IMG/VR virus record: IMGVR_UViG_3300049489_001336
Span: 96,001-160,000 of that record
Strand: one strand, 5' to 3'
DNA length: 64,000 nucleotides
Source of the DNA: a virus
This document shows, piece by piece, positions 33,816 to 43,762 of this stretch (the stretch's first letter is position 1; every line of letters begins with the position of its first letter). The notes beneath the pieces are model-generated. The model ran no database searches. It worked only from the letters and a program-made list of their open reading frames with translations, and was not told the origin of the DNA. The translations under genes and the position numbers were made by a program.

Positions 33816-34417
33816 GCTGAAAACCGCTCGTCGTATTTAGTAATCCATTCTTGATCTAGGCTTAGTTGAACGTCTTCTCTAATTTCTTCGCCTCTCACGG
33901 GCCAATAAATAGTACGGGCCACGTACCTGTAATAGCAGGTAGACCCATCATCTTGTTTAAAGATATACACAGTACTGTGTAAAACAGTAGGCTTACCTCT
34001 GTTAATCTTATTTAAGATGGCTCGGTCCGCGTTCTTATATAGATGCGTGGATGAATAATCACGCCGTATGCTGCTAACCACTGCTTGGCGGGCGCGATTA
34101 ATACCTTGCTCATGAAATCGTACTTTCTTGCCGGCACCGCGGTAATACGATATCGTGATTTTATCACTGTGTGTATGGGGTGTAACACAGATACGCCCTG
34201 CTAAATGGGTCACTGGCGATAGCCAACCGTACACATCTTCAATACACGCTACGTACTTGTATCCATTGAACTCTAATGTATCACGTAATTGTCGTATTAA
34301 CGTAATAGGGTTCATTGTAAAGGCAATCCCAGGTGTCTCTTTCTCCGTATTGAACCGTTTCAGCCAAGTATAGAGGTACTTCATTGACGATATCGACGTA
34401 AAGAGCGTAAACCACAT
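33812..34417 (-). CDS. tandem array divergent member (start likely MNPITL)
   Basis: VACIED...HSTVYIFKQDDGSTCYYRY. Confidence 0.65.
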   Translation of the reverse strand: MWFTLFTSISSMKYLYTWLKRFNTEKETPGIAFTMNPITLIRQLRDTLEFNGYKYVACIEDVYGWLSPVTHLAGRICVTPHTHSDKITISYYRGAGKKVRFHEQGINRARQAVVSSIRRDYSSTHLYKNADRAILNKINRGKPTVLHSTVYIFKQDDGSTCYYRYVARTIYWPVRGEEIREDVQLSLDQEWITKYDERFSA

Positions 34418-34802
34418 ACTTTAAATAGTTGTTGGGTGTTCCGTATAAGTACAACGTACTGTATTGAACACGATTAAGACGTATCCAAAGACGTTCTAAT
34501 AGGAGCATATCAACGTAAGACTGTGCGAAAATTTTCTTTAGGTAACCAGTACCCGTCGCGTACAAGAGATACCGTTTGCGTCCACTGTATAATCCCCATT
34601 GGCTGTATTTATCCAACCGATACATCGACAGGAAAATGTCCTCATCATAACACGCTGCGGTACCGCTGTAGTCGCCTTTGTAGTGCGTATTAGGGGTCAT
34701 CCAGGCTTGAGGCTGTTCAATACACGCGACTAAATTTGTTCGATTACCTGTTAGTTGTTTATGTTGTTCTTTTATTACTTGTAGGGCTTGCGGACTTGGC
34801 AT
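34281..34802 (-). CDS. tandem array divergent member
   Basis: VACIEQ...YSTLYLY. Confidence 0.65.
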   Translation of the reverse strand: MPSPQALQVIKEQHKQLTGNRTNLVACIEQPQAWMTPNTHYKGDYSGTAACYDEDIFLSMYRLDKYSQWGLYSGRKRYLLYATGTGYLKKIFAQSYVDMLLLERLWIRLNRVQYSTLYLYGTPNNYLKYVVYALYVDIVNEVPLYLAETVQYGERDTWDCLYNEPYYVNTTIT

Positions 34803-35329
34803 AATACAACGGTCTTATGCAGCTTTTCAGAGACGGCCAGCCAGTCGTAACGCGCCGAGTTGATGTGGAACAAATACACGTAGATTTGTTTTTTACTTTT
34901 ACTTTCGATGTAACGGTAAACAAATAAACGCCCGTATTCTGTGTGTAGGTCTACATGCCCTTCTACGAGGGCGTGTTCACGGGACACTTTATTCAACGAA
35001 TTAAAGTACGAAACAAACGGCATAAAGTACGAAGATTCCCGCATTCTATTTAATGCTTGAATCCTGTAAGCATAAGGATGGTCTCTATTCTTTAATAACA
35101 AAGACACACGCTTTGATCGGTACCCGTTGCAGTCGGCTGTAAACGTAATGGACCACTTTCTCATTTTAAATCTAGTACCTGCACCATAGCTAAGCGCACT
35201 AAACGTCGAAATATCTTCGTAAATGCCAACGCGCTCGCCTCCATGCCTTAGGATGTAATCGTGACAATGCTTTAATGCCGCAAGGCACGACATTCTTTCT
35301 ATGGTTTGGCTAGGTTTAAGTAAAGGCAT
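34775..35329 (-). CDS. tandem array divergent member
   Basis: VGIYED...GHVDLH..GRLFVYRY. Confidence 0.65.
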   Translation of the reverse strand: MPLLKPSQTIERMSCLAALKHCHDYILRHGGERVGIYEDISTFSALSYGAGTRFKMRKWSITFTADCNGYRSKRVSLLLKNRDHPYAYRIQALNRMRESSYFMPFVSYFNSLNKVSREHALVEGHVDLHTEYGRLFVYRYIESKSKKQIYVYLFHINSARYDWLAVSEKLHKTVVLCQVRKPYK

Positions 35330-35834
35330 TTAACGTAATGATGGTTTGGCGCTGTATTAGTGCGTACCTATTTTGGTTAGGTACAGGTTCAGGGTACCAC
35401 GTGAGCTTATGCGCACTGTCATACCCTAATTCTCGTACAAGCACACCGCCTTGTTTTGTGTCTTCAGTAAGATATACAAAACTAGTCATGTATTTACTGG
35501 TTGGAAAAGGAATGCTCCAAAGGGCTTGTTGTACTCTTGAAAAAGCCACGGTGTGCTTATTAAGTATAATAGGTTTTTTCTGATGGCTAATTACTTTGTC
35601 AGCCGCATGCATGGCTGTATTGAGCACAGTTTCACCTAGTATATGGTCACTCCTATTTTCTACGACCGCCACAAGGCGTAGTCCCAGACTGCACAGCTCT
35701 GTATGCGCTCGTTTAGTGGCGCTATACAGGCGTCGCAATTTACACGATACTTTAGGTATTCGTACGTAGTCATCCCTCATCAATTGAATAAACAGAGGGT
35801 TCAAAGCCAAGTCGAGTATAGATGCGTTGTCCAT
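35316..35834 (-). CDS. tandem array divergent member
   Basis: VAVVEN...TSFVYL. Confidence 0.62.
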   Translation of the reverse strand: MDNASILDLALNPLFIQLMRDDYVRIPKVSCKLRRLYSATKRAHTELCSLGLRLVAVVENRSDHILGETVLNTAMHAADKVISHQKKPIILNKHTVAFSRVQQALWSIPFPTSKYMTSFVYLTEDTKQGGVLVRELGYDSAHKLTWYPEPVPNQNRYALIQRQTIITLNAFT

Positions 35835-36298
35835 ATGTGGTTGTCGTTGGAGGTTAACACGTCCCAGGCAGGTATTGGGTTTGAGTAAGCGCCGCGTCTT
35901 TGTATGAAACCGTAGAGCAGAGACGCCTTTGCCGTAGTTTCTGTGTGGTAATAACTTAGGTACTCACCGCGTAATACATCTCCGATGTTATGCATACTCA
36001 CAACGGTGTTCTTCGTGTACATGCCGTAGCCTACGTAGCTCTTTTTACTAGTTGAAGGATAAACACTCATCCGGTTAATGGGGTAAGGCGTTTTAGCGTG
36101 TACACTGTACAGAGGGTGATTGTTGTAGGGGTAAACCAAAGCCCAATACTCGTTGATATCTGTAATGTGAGTTGTTACTTTAAACCCTTGGCTCAAGCAT
36201 GTCTTATGCAGTTCTTTAGCTTTAGCAAAACACCGAAAATAAGACTTATTACAATAGACATGGTTGGCGAAGCTCATTTTAGGGAAAGCTCTTCCCAC
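35801..36298 (-). CDS. tandem array divergent member
   Basis: Size, Tyr/His richness, coupled overlap. Confidence 0.6.
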   Translation of the reverse strand: MGRAFPKMSFANHVYCNKSYFRCFAKAKELHKTCLSQGFKVTTHITDINEYWALVYPYNNHPLYSVHAKTPYPINRMSVYPSTSKKSYVGYGMYTKNTVVSMHNIGDVLRGEYLSYYHTETTAKASLLYGFIQRRGAYSNPIPAWDVLTSNDNHIWTTHLYSTWL

Positions 36299-36789
36299 TG
36301 CTGGTACCTGTTTAAAAAGTGCACTCTGTTAAAATGCCTCGTGTCTTTACCAATAGGTTCCCACTGAGTCGTCTGGGTCATAAAGTAGTGTTGATTAAAT
36401 TGATAAAAAGTCATATAGAGTGAACGGTCATGTCTAATACATGGGTGAACATTAAGTATTTGAAATAGACGAGAATCCTCTTCACCCACAGCACTCGCGG
36501 TTTTATGCAGATACTCCTGTGTGTAACACTTAAAAATAAAAGATGGCGAGTGGAGGCTCTTCACAGATAACCCCTCGCCATCTACGTACGCGCGTGGAAC
36601 ACTATGTTCCAGTTCGTTCTTGTACGCAGCGTCTAGCGTATGGGACACGCCCATCCTGGCGTGGTTAATAAACCACCACCAGTGAAACGCGTCCTCAATA
36701 ACGCGTAACTTTTTATATTTTTCGTAGTGTTCCCGTTCATACCGGGGAAGAAACTGAAAATAATAGGTCAGAGGTCGAGCGGCTTCCAT
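36274..36789 (-). CDS. tandem array divergent member
   Basis: LRVIED...YMTFYQF. Confidence 0.6.
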   Translation of the reverse strand: MEAARPLTYYFQFLPRYEREHYEKYKKLRVIEDAFHWWWFINHARMGVSHTLDAAYKNELEHSVPRAYVDGEGLSVKSLHSPSFIFKCYTQEYLHKTASAVGEEDSRLFQILNVHPCIRHDRSLYMTFYQFNQHYFMTQTTQWEPIGKDTRHFNRVHFLNRYQQWEELSLK

Positions 36790-37298
36790 CCTTCCTCCGG
36801 AGTATCTTCATTGTACTCCCATTGATCAAATACGCGCGTGTACACGTAGTAGTAATTGCCTGACGACTGCTTAAAGACTTGTAGATTCGACGAATCCGCA
36901 ATCAGCGGTTCGTTGTACTGAACCGCGTATTTGCGAAATAGACTTACAAGTCTTTGTTCATAGTCATTGATTGGTTTTTGTTCCTGAACCAAGTCAATCA
37001 ACGAATGTTTTCGCAGAATAACCTTGATCACTTTTTCAGGAATCAACATGTGTACGCTGTGAATGCGCCAGTGTAGCCCCTCTTCTTCAAGGTGGTGATC
37101 TACAATGTCCGCAAACCGTTGACTCGGACCTACGTACGTGAGGTCGTATTGCGTCTTGACGATTTGGTGCGACTCCACCGAAGGGTCTTGGAGCTTCTTT
37201 TTGACAATCTCATAGAGGTTGTACACCGCATGGGCATTCGCAAGCGTAGTTTCGTACTGCTTCTCAGTAGATGACACAGGACTCTCCTCGTACGGCAA
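36768..37298 (-). CDS. tandem array divergent member (first in operon)
   Basis: SNLQVFKQSSGNYYYVY resembles the 33812 motif. Confidence 0.62.
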   Translation of the reverse strand: MPYEESPVSSTEKQYETTLANAHAVYNLYEIVKKKLQDPSVESHQIVKTQYDLTYVGPSQRFADIVDHHLEEEGLHWRIHSVHMLIPEKVIKVILRKHSLIDLVQEQKPINDYEQRLVSLFRKYAVQYNEPLIADSSNLQVFKQSSGNYYYVYTRVFDQWEYNEDTPEEGWKPLDL

Positions 37299-37491
37299 AC
37301 TCAGCCATCGTTTTTATGAGGTCAAATAGATTAGGCTGATATTCAGGCCCTTCAAATTCAATTACTTGAGACACATCCGAACCAATGTAAATAGCCCGTG
37401 CTTCTTCCGACATAAGGTCTAGGTTCTGTTTGGTAGTGAAACCCAAACATCTTCCGTCATGTCCTTTGAGGGCTACGTAAAGCATACGCAC
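37264..37491 (-). CDS. hypothetical protein
   Basis: 75-aa ORF. Confidence 0.55.
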   Translation of the reverse strand: MRMLYVALKGHDGRCLGFTTKQNLDLMSEEARAIYIGSDVSQVIEFEGPEYQPNLFDLIKTMAEFAVRGESCVIY

Positions 37492-37615
37492 CTTTAATTA
37501 AAAAGCCTCGCTTGGTTTTACCCAAACGAGGCGACCGAGCTGCGACACCTGTAACATGAAGGGGGGGCGAACAGGCGACTGGAATGAAGGGGGTGGGGCG
37601 TATTCCGTTGCAGCG

Positions 37616-38137
37616 TCAGGTCGTCAGCGAGTCTTCCACAAATGCCGGGGCACTTGCAACATATTCTTCTACCACAGGCGGGGTATCCGTAGAGTAAGTA
37701 ATAAAATTGCGGGCTTCTTCAGGCACAAATGCCTGCTCTTCAGCCTCTTCAACAGCTACTGCTGCAGCCGTTTCAGGTTCTGCAAGGGCACTTGCTGGTT
37801 CTTCTGCAAACACAGGTTCACTCTCTGTAGCTTCAACGCCTTCGGGTGCTGCCGCTGCTGCTTTAACCTTGGGCTTGTTCTTTGAACCCTGAGGACGGCC
37901 CCTGGGTTTACCGCTCAGTTCACAGAGGTAAAGCTTGTCTTTACGCTCACGGACCTGGAAAAACTGCCCGTCTACGTTCACCGTGGCGCCGTTTGCACAA
38001 GTCTTGATGGCCTTGAGGGCGTCTTGGACGCGGCGCTCAGCGACATCGAGGTGCTCCATGGCAGCATTGTACTCAACCAGAGCTTGGCGAACGTCGGGAC
38101 TTTGGGTATTGGAATCGCTCATCGTAAAACTCCCCAT
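37616..38137 (-). CDS. small protein with one AT-hook and an acidic disordered tail
   Basis: KPRGRPQGSKNKPK. Confidence 0.65.
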   Translation of the reverse strand: MGSFTMSDSNTQSPDVRQALVEYNAAMEHLDVAERRVQDALKAIKTCANGATVNVDGQFFQVRERKDKLYLCELSGKPRGRPQGSKNKPKVKAAAAAPEGVEATESEPVFAEEPASALAEPETAAAVAVEEAEEQAFVPEEARNFITYSTDTPPVVEEYVASAPAFVEDSLTT

Positions 38138-38176
38138 AGCACGAATGCTAGTGGAGAGTTATTATCACGCCGGTTT

Positions 38177-38794
38177 TCAAAAACCAAGTTGTTTATGGTC
38201 TTTGAGCTCGTACTTACTTGAAGTTAAATCGAGCTGGATGAAGAGACTTCCTCCTTCGTGTTCTTCGAACCCTGTGGGGATCGAGAAGATAGATGTGTCG
38301 TCGGGACCATTGGCTTTGAGCGTGGTCCAAGCGGCGACCATGGCTTTGGTAGGGACGACCCAGCCAATGGGGCCATCGAAGCAGGTGAATAGGTAATAGT
38401 TAGGGGCGTTGTCACGCAAGAAGTTGCGCACCCCGAAAACGCAGCAGGATGCCGTGGTGGGCTCGTTGGCGTAGCGCCAATTCACGTACACGTTTTTGCT
38501 GCTGCGTCGCAACATCAAATACTGTGTGGCTTTGCAGTCGTGCACCACAATGCGGATCCCCAAAGGGTCCATGAGATATTTCACTGCACCCAGGCCCAAG
38601 CGATGGGACAAACCCCATTCAACACGCTTACGGCCGAGCAGTGCGGGTTCTTTGAACACGGCATCGAATAGCCCGCCATCGTAGTACCCATCAACAACTA
38701 CGATGCCCTTTGCACTCAACATCTTTTTCACGTCAGTGGCAGACTTCTTCAGCTCTGTCGCCAGCGCATCCACGCGGCGTAGACGGATTGTCAT
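38177..38794 (-). CDS. hypothetical protein; N-terminal HTH-like segment, possible nuclease-like C-terminus
   Basis: RVDALATELKKSATDVKKMLSAKGI resembles IF2_N-type helices. Confidence 0.45.
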   Translation of the reverse strand: MTIRLRRVDALATELKKSATDVKKMLSAKGIVVVDGYYDGGLFDAVFKEPALLGRKRVEWGLSHRLGLGAVKYLMDPLGIRIVVHDCKATQYLMLRRSSKNVYVNWRYANEPTTASCCVFGVRNFLRDNAPNYYLFTCFDGPIGWVVPTKAMVAAWTTLKANGPDDTSIFSIPTGFEEHEGGSLFIQLDLTSSKYELKDHKQLGF

Positions 38795-38814
38795 TGTTAA
38801 GCCCCTTCAGGTCG

Positions 38815-39240
38815 TCATACCGAACCTTCAATCATCTCTCGAATGTCACACAGGCGTATTCCAATCAGGAGTTCGCCTGCCCCTACATCCGAGGGCGTTC
38901 GGTACCACCAGTCAATGGTGTAGTGCAAATCAAAATCACGTATGGTTTTATCTACTAAACGGTAGATAGCGGATGTTACAATACGGGCCATGTGCCGTGT
39001 GAAATACTGATTAAAGCCAATGATTAATTCATAGGGTACATCCACGTGCTCATTGGCTTCTGCGTAGGTGAATAACACTGATACAACGTCGTCAGGATGT
39101 GTTGTACATAGAATAAACGTCGCAGGACGTGTTGCGTGTTTAGAGACTTCACGTTTTTTCATAACTAAAAAAACGGACATGTATAGCCTTTGATAATGTA
39201 CTAAGAATCGACGAAGCAGCGTAAATTTGAGCTTTGTCAA
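38815..39240 (-). CDS. hypothetical protein
   Basis: 141-aa ORF, start uncertain. Confidence 0.5.
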   Translation of the reverse strand: MTKLKFTLLRRFLVHYQRLYMSVFLVMKKREVSKHATRPATFILCTTHPDDVVSVLFTYAEANEHVDVPYELIIGFNQYFTRHMARIVTSAIYRLVDKTIRDFDLHYTIDWWYRTPSDVGAGELLIGIRLCDIREMIEGSV

Positions 39241-40158
39241 ATTTGCGCTGATGAGTCGAGTTCTTTGTAAATTTTTGAAGAGCTCTTACTGAAGACAACG
39301 CAAGCGGAGCGCCTGCAACTACAGTGGTGCGCTATACATGTCGAAACTATTTACCACACACTCGTTTTGTACGATCACGAAGGAGCTCTGGTGCCCACAA
39401 GAGTTCACTTGATAGGTATCACGCGTAGCACCCCAAGCGGAGCTTGGAAAAAAGAGACTGGCGATTCACCAGTCACAGGTATTTTATGGGTTACAAGGCT
39501 GTGAGCGCGTCAGGGGCCTCTGCAGCAGACGAATAACGTCACGCAATACCTTTGGGACAGTTTCTGTGTGGTTGCGAATTATGGTGTAGTGTCCTTGTTT
39601 CCTAATAAATATATAAAGAACTATTTGAAGTTATAGTTTTGAAATGGCTACCATTACGCGGCGAGTATCAATACTGATCCGCGCAGCGGCACAGAGAAAA
39701 TGGCGGTACGCCATTCTTGGGAGCGTTATTTCACGCAGAGTACTCATCCCTCGCGATGGGCCTTTCCAATGCATCCACGACGCATCCCTTCGTACGATGT
39801 TCGACACTACAGACAACTAGTCTCAGTAGTCGTAAAAAACGTGAATTTCTTACGACACAGAATCTTCGGCAACAACGCGAAGCTGAGTCTTGGAAAATTC
39901 AGCGATGGTTACTGCGAAGGGGCTTGTCTCCCTTTGCGTTACCGCGAACCCCACAACGTGCCCACCCCGCACATGCAGATATCGCGGATGTACCACAGCT
40001 ACGTCATCCCCCCGGATGAGTAGCGAGACAATTTTCTTGGACGTCCCCCTCGTAACTTCACTATCGACTGTATTTTTCATAGTTCCCTTTGGTGGCTTTA
40101 AGAGACTCTACTCATCTTCGTGCACTATGCACCTTTTATTTAGTACAGCGGGTTGTTT

Positions 40159-40569
40159 TTAATGCACCGGTTCAATTCGCACGACTTTCGCTATGGGAAT
40201 AGCAAAGGCTTTATGCGGCATGTCCCGTGGCAACGTGTAAATAGAACCGCCTACTTCGGGCAATTTCCCGGTAATGCGGATGTGCTCTCGAATGGAGTCG
40301 AGAGACGCTTCCGCTTCACCTAGGTGATGCTCCACAAATACTTTTACCGTATTTGCGTCCTTTGTACTGATTTCTGAGGGCGGCTCAGAACTAAAGAACG
40401 CGCGCATTTTGTTTACCATGTCTGCACGCGTTAAACGTTGGGTCACAGTTTTACACTGTGTGCAGAGCATTTCGGCTTCGCCCGTCGCAATGACAGGACG
40501 CACTCGTTGCTCTGTATTAATTTTGCACCGAGGGCAAAGGCAGTATTGCGCGAATTTAGGAAGCGTCAC
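40159..40569 (-). CDS. zinc-ribbon protein
   Basis: CPRC...CTQC. Confidence 0.65.
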   Translation of the reverse strand: MTLPKFAQYCLCPRCKINTEQRVRPVIATGEAEMLCTQCKTVTQRLTRADMVNKMRAFFSSEPPSEISTKDANTVKVFVEHHLGEAEASLDSIREHIRITGKLPEVGGSIYTLPRDMPHKAFAIPIAKVVRIEPVH

Positions 40570-40964
40570 AAACGTACTCTAATACGCTGCACGAGTTTGT
40601 TAAAGCGCTCTGCATTGCAAAGAATGTGAATGGGGTCGTCTTCGTTCACGGTTTTCTTCACAACACGCTTATGTTCATCGCGTTCTTCGACGTAATTGAG
40701 CCTGTGGTGGGTCTTGAAATTTACTTTTCCGTGTTTAGAGACGTTAATAGGCGCTGCGTAGTGCGCGTACATTCGGTAGCGTTGGACACGTTCTTCTGTG
40801 CAACGTTGTTCCCATGTTTGGTTCAAACGTGTGTCATAGAGGACCGTACCATAGTTAGTGTCACGGACTGCTTTGGTGTTAAAGCGAATAACGACTTCGT
40901 CTTCGGTCGTGACCAAAACTTCCCGCTCAGGGAGTTTCTCTAGGAGTGCTTTAGGTTTGCCCAT
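40566..40964 (-). CDS. paralog trio member 1
   Basis: KHGKVNF...LVQRIRVRL. Confidence 0.65.
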   Translation of the reverse strand: MGKPKALLEKLPEREVLVTTEDEVVIRFNTKAVRDTNYGTVLYDTRLNQTWEQRCTEERVQRYRMYAHYAAPINVSKHGKVNFKTHHRLNYVEERDEHKRVVKKTVNEDDPIHILCNAERFNKLVQRIRVRL

Positions 40965-40967
40965 GGG

Positions 40968-41330
40968 TTAAAGCCTTATTTGGATGACCCTGGCAAGCTT
41001 CCGTAAGTGTTCAGGATCGTCGTCGTAGCTGTACGGCTCTTCTTCGATCCCTGCGTTGTATTTTTCTTGAAAAGCTATTTCTTCCTCAAACTGCGTGTTA
41101 TGTTCAGGATAACACTTAGAATAGAGTTCCCAACGCTGTTTGGTGCGTTCGACGTCGTAAGGTGTTTTTTGCACTTTACCTTCGAAAAACCGGTACTTGC
41201 CTTTCTTGCTACAATAACCGGGGGGCGTTTTTGCGGTGTAACCCTTTGCTTCAAGCGGAATGGCCAAGTTTAATTTGTAAACCAGCTCATCTTTGACCGT
41301 GATTACGAAGTGCCCTGGAATGTAGGTCAT
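40968..41330 (-). CDS. paralog trio member 2
   Basis: KKGKYRFFEGK...PYSYD...LARVIQIRL. Confidence 0.7.
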   Translation of the reverse strand: MTYIPGHFVITVKDELVYKLNLAIPLEAKGYTAKTPPGYCSKKGKYRFFEGKVQKTPYDVERTKQRWELYSKCYPEHNTQFEEEIAFQEKYNAGIEEEPYSYDDDPEHLRKLARVIQIRL

Positions 41331-41728
41331 AGTTTTATAACCACGCGCTGTACCATTCGATGTAAATCGCCGATATTTACGTCGTAGGTATAGGGCTTGT
41401 CAGGGTCATTACAGTAAAGCCACGTATATTGGCTCCTGAATTTGTACAATTTCTTGGGGTCGTTTTTACATTGCGTGAATTTCTCTTTGTACTCTTCTTC
41501 TGTGATAATTTGCTTTTTACCCGCAAAGAACGAGTACTGGCCTTTTTTGTCGACGTGACCGAGGTGTACGTTGTTCACGACATAGAAATCCTGAGAACAG
41601 TAGTCATAGTTATTTTGTCTGTACAACAGCCAGGATTGCGTAGAAAATGCGAACAGGTTACTACTGAGAACGTACTTTAGGTCTCCCTCGACAGAGTTGA
41701 GGAAGAACCCTTCTGCAGAGATTGCCAT
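41327..41728 (-). CDS. paralog trio member 3
   Basis: KKGQYSFFAGK...PYTYD...MVQRVVIKL. Confidence 0.7.
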   Translation of the reverse strand: MAISAEGFFLNSVEGDLKYVLSSNLFAFSTQSWLLYRQNNYDYCSQDFYVVNNVHLGHVDKKGQYSFFAGKKQIITEEEYKEKFTQCKNDPKKLYKFRSQYTWLYCNDPDKPYTYDVNIGDLHRMVQRVVIKL

Positions 41729-41731
41729 GGT

Positions 41732-42694
41732 TCACTCTTTGGTTGCGCTCTTTCGCTTACGAGATTTGGCAACGGCCAAGCGCAGCTTTTCTAGGCTGTT
41801 TTGGAATTGAACCGCGACGTCGCCCTTGAGCGTGATTTCGTCTTTCTCGAAGATCTTCAGCATTTGAAGAGCTGCGTCGTTGTCGCCGAAGCGCACTTGT
41901 TCTTCGACACGGCGTTTCATTTGGTCGAGAGCCGTCGCCTTTTCAAAGTACTTCTTGGAGACCTCGCAAATCTCGTCAGAAATACCGGGCATGCCTCTGT
42001 ACAGGGTTTTGTTGATTTGGCGTTCAAGCTCCTGGCCTTCTTTGCCTTTGGCTTCGATTTGCTCAATCAGAGCTTTGCGCTTTTCTTCGATGCTCTTTAC
42101 ATGAGCCCGGAATTGACCAATGGTCATGTTTTGGTCGATGTCTGCCAGCGAAATATCCTCGCTGAGCTCATTGAGCTCATCAACAAGGTCTTGCGCCTCG
42201 GTTTCGAGCGCGTCGCGGCGAATCATCTTGGTAGCTGTCTCGGGGTCCAAGACTTCCATTGCTTTGTTGATGCTCGGAAGCATCTTCAACAATTCGGTGA
42301 CGCGATTGTTGACGATAATTTCAAGGTCTTGGACAGACCGCTCTGTGCCCGCTACTAGGTCTCCCGAGTAGTACTGTTGCCCCCAGTTGCTACGGCCGAT
42401 TTCTTCGCCGAGTTCCCGGAAACGAGGCGTGCCCAAGAAGTGCTTCTCATTGGCACGCCGCGCAATCTCGTAGCTAATACGCCTAAAGATATAAATTTCA
42501 GCGTTGGCGCGTTTGTTGAAAAGGGCAACGTAGTCTTTCTTCTTGTCGTCGCTCCAGGTAGCGATGGCGCCGGAGTTCTCAGAAGCAACAACCAGACTGT
42601 CGAATTCACTCATTTTACGTTTCCTTGTTAGACAAATAAAAATGGCCCTTGTGAGAAGGGCCGCGTTAGACATACGTCTATGTACTTTTACCAA
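41732..42694 (-). CDS. coiled-coil protein (start likely MSEFDS)
   Basis: Long heptad-rich helices. Confidence 0.7.
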   Translation of the reverse strand: MVKVHRRMSNAALLTRAIFICLTRKRKMSEFDSLVVASENSGAIATWSDDKKKDYVALFNKRANAEIYIFRRISYEIARRANEKHFLGTPRFRELGEEIGRSNWGQQYYSGDLVAGTERSVQDLEIIVNNRVTELLKMLPSINKAMEVLDPETATKMIRRDALETEAQDLVDELNELSEDISLADIDQNMTIGQFRAHVKSIEEKRKALIEQIEAKGKEGQELERQINKTLYRGMPGISDEICEVSKKYFEKATALDQMKRRVEEQVRFGDNDAALQMLKIFEKDEITLKGDVAVQFQNSLEKLRLAVAKSRKRKSATKE

Positions 42695-42702
42695 AAAACT
42701 GA

Positions 42703-42948
42703 TTACAGTTTTTCTGGGGGTGTAATAAAGGCTTCAACGGCTTCGGCTAATTTGTCATCTTCGATTTGAAATAACAAATCAGGGCATGCGTTGAGAAGTA
42801 ATTGACCAAGCCGTTGTTCAGGAACCGACAACCACGCGTTAAAAATGCGAATCAGAATCTCTTTCTTTGTACGAGCCGAAACAGCGCGCCCACGCCGCTC
42901 AAGCTCTTTTTCAATTTCACTGGGGCTGGGTATCATTGGTATACCCAT
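42703..42948 (-). CDS. small conserved phage protein
   Basis: AWLSVPEQRLGQLL...DLLFQIEDDKL pattern. Confidence 0.6.
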   Translation of the reverse strand: MGIPMIPSPSEIEKELERRGRAVSARTKKEILIRIFNAWLSVPEQRLGQLLLNACPDLLFQIEDDKLAEAVEAFITPPEKL

Positions 42949-43759
42949 TATAGATAGCCTCCAAGTACTTGCGTTGTTCCTCGGATAGGTTATCCATCCG
43001 CAAGCAGAATTCCAGGTAGTCGGGCTCGATGCTGAGTACTTCCGCTACAAAGCGCCCTGAATGTTTTCCTGCGGTGAATTTCCAAATGTTATTTTCGGAA
43101 TCAACCTTGGTGATGATTTTGCTGAAGCTCTTAGGCTTCTCCAACGCTTCTTTCACAGCATTGGCATCAACAACGATTTGACCCTTGAGGGTGTCACGCA
43201 TTTTCTTGAGGATATCCACCATGGCGAGCACGTCGCTTAGAGACGTATGCGCTTCGGTGTGAGTCACACCGTAGGCTTCGCTCAAGACCTGCAAACGGTA
43301 GGCAGGGCGCATAGCCCCCAACGTCACCAAGTCAGTGAAAATGGCAACGCCAACCGTGTCCAACCCATGATAACCAAAGATACTGTCATAGCCCTTGGAG
43401 TGCTTTTCCTTTTTCCAGTGCTTGTTGAACAAAGCCTTGAGAAAGCCACGGTCAAAGGGCAAGTTGTGCGCAATCTGTTTGAGACGGCTGTAGCCCTTTA
43501 AAAAGGCGTACACGCCGTTAAACATTTCTTCTTGGGTGACGGCACCGAGAGAATCCCATTTCTCTTTGGTATAGCCGTTGACTTTAAGAGCGCCTTCGTC
43601 AATAACGGCACCCTCGGATGGATGCGCGAAAAAAGTAACACCACTGACCGTATTGAGAGACTCATCTAATACGAGCATGCTGATGCTAATGATTTCGTTT
43701 ACTTCTTCGTTGAGACCTGTGGTCTCTGTATCAAAGGCGAGAAACTCAGCTTTAGGCAT
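42917..43759 (-). CDS. DEDDh 3'-5' exonuclease (DnaQ/epsilon-like) with small C-terminal FxxGKH domain
   Basis: FDTETTG, AHNLPFD, AHTSLSD; WKFTAGKHSG. Confidence 0.88.
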   Translation of the reverse strand: MPKAEFLAFDTETTGLNEEVNEIISISMLVLDESLNTVSGVTFFAHPSEGAVIDEGALKVNGYTKEKWDSLGAVTQEEMFNGVYAFLKGYSRLKQIAHNLPFDRGFLKALFNKHWKKEKHSKGYDSIFGYHGLDTVGVAIFTDLVTLGAMRPAYRLQVLSEAYGVTHTEAHTSLSDVLAMVDILKKMRDTLKGQIVVDANAVKEALEKPKSFSKIITKVDSENNIWKFTAGKHSGRFVAEVLSIEPDYLEFCLRMDNLSEEQRKYLEAIYNGYTNDTQPQ

Positions 43760-43762
43760 GTT

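Noticed and set aside
26265-37298. Diversity-generating retroelement or integron cassette array
   Set aside because: No RT, no TR/VR nucleotide repeat pair, no integrase, and no attC-like intergenic palindromes; the genes overlap directly.
39240-40080. Read-through or single gene across 39631-40080
   Set aside because: The two ORFs are in frame but separated by three stops (TAA, TGA, TAG). The region may be decayed or non-coding, so no call was made.
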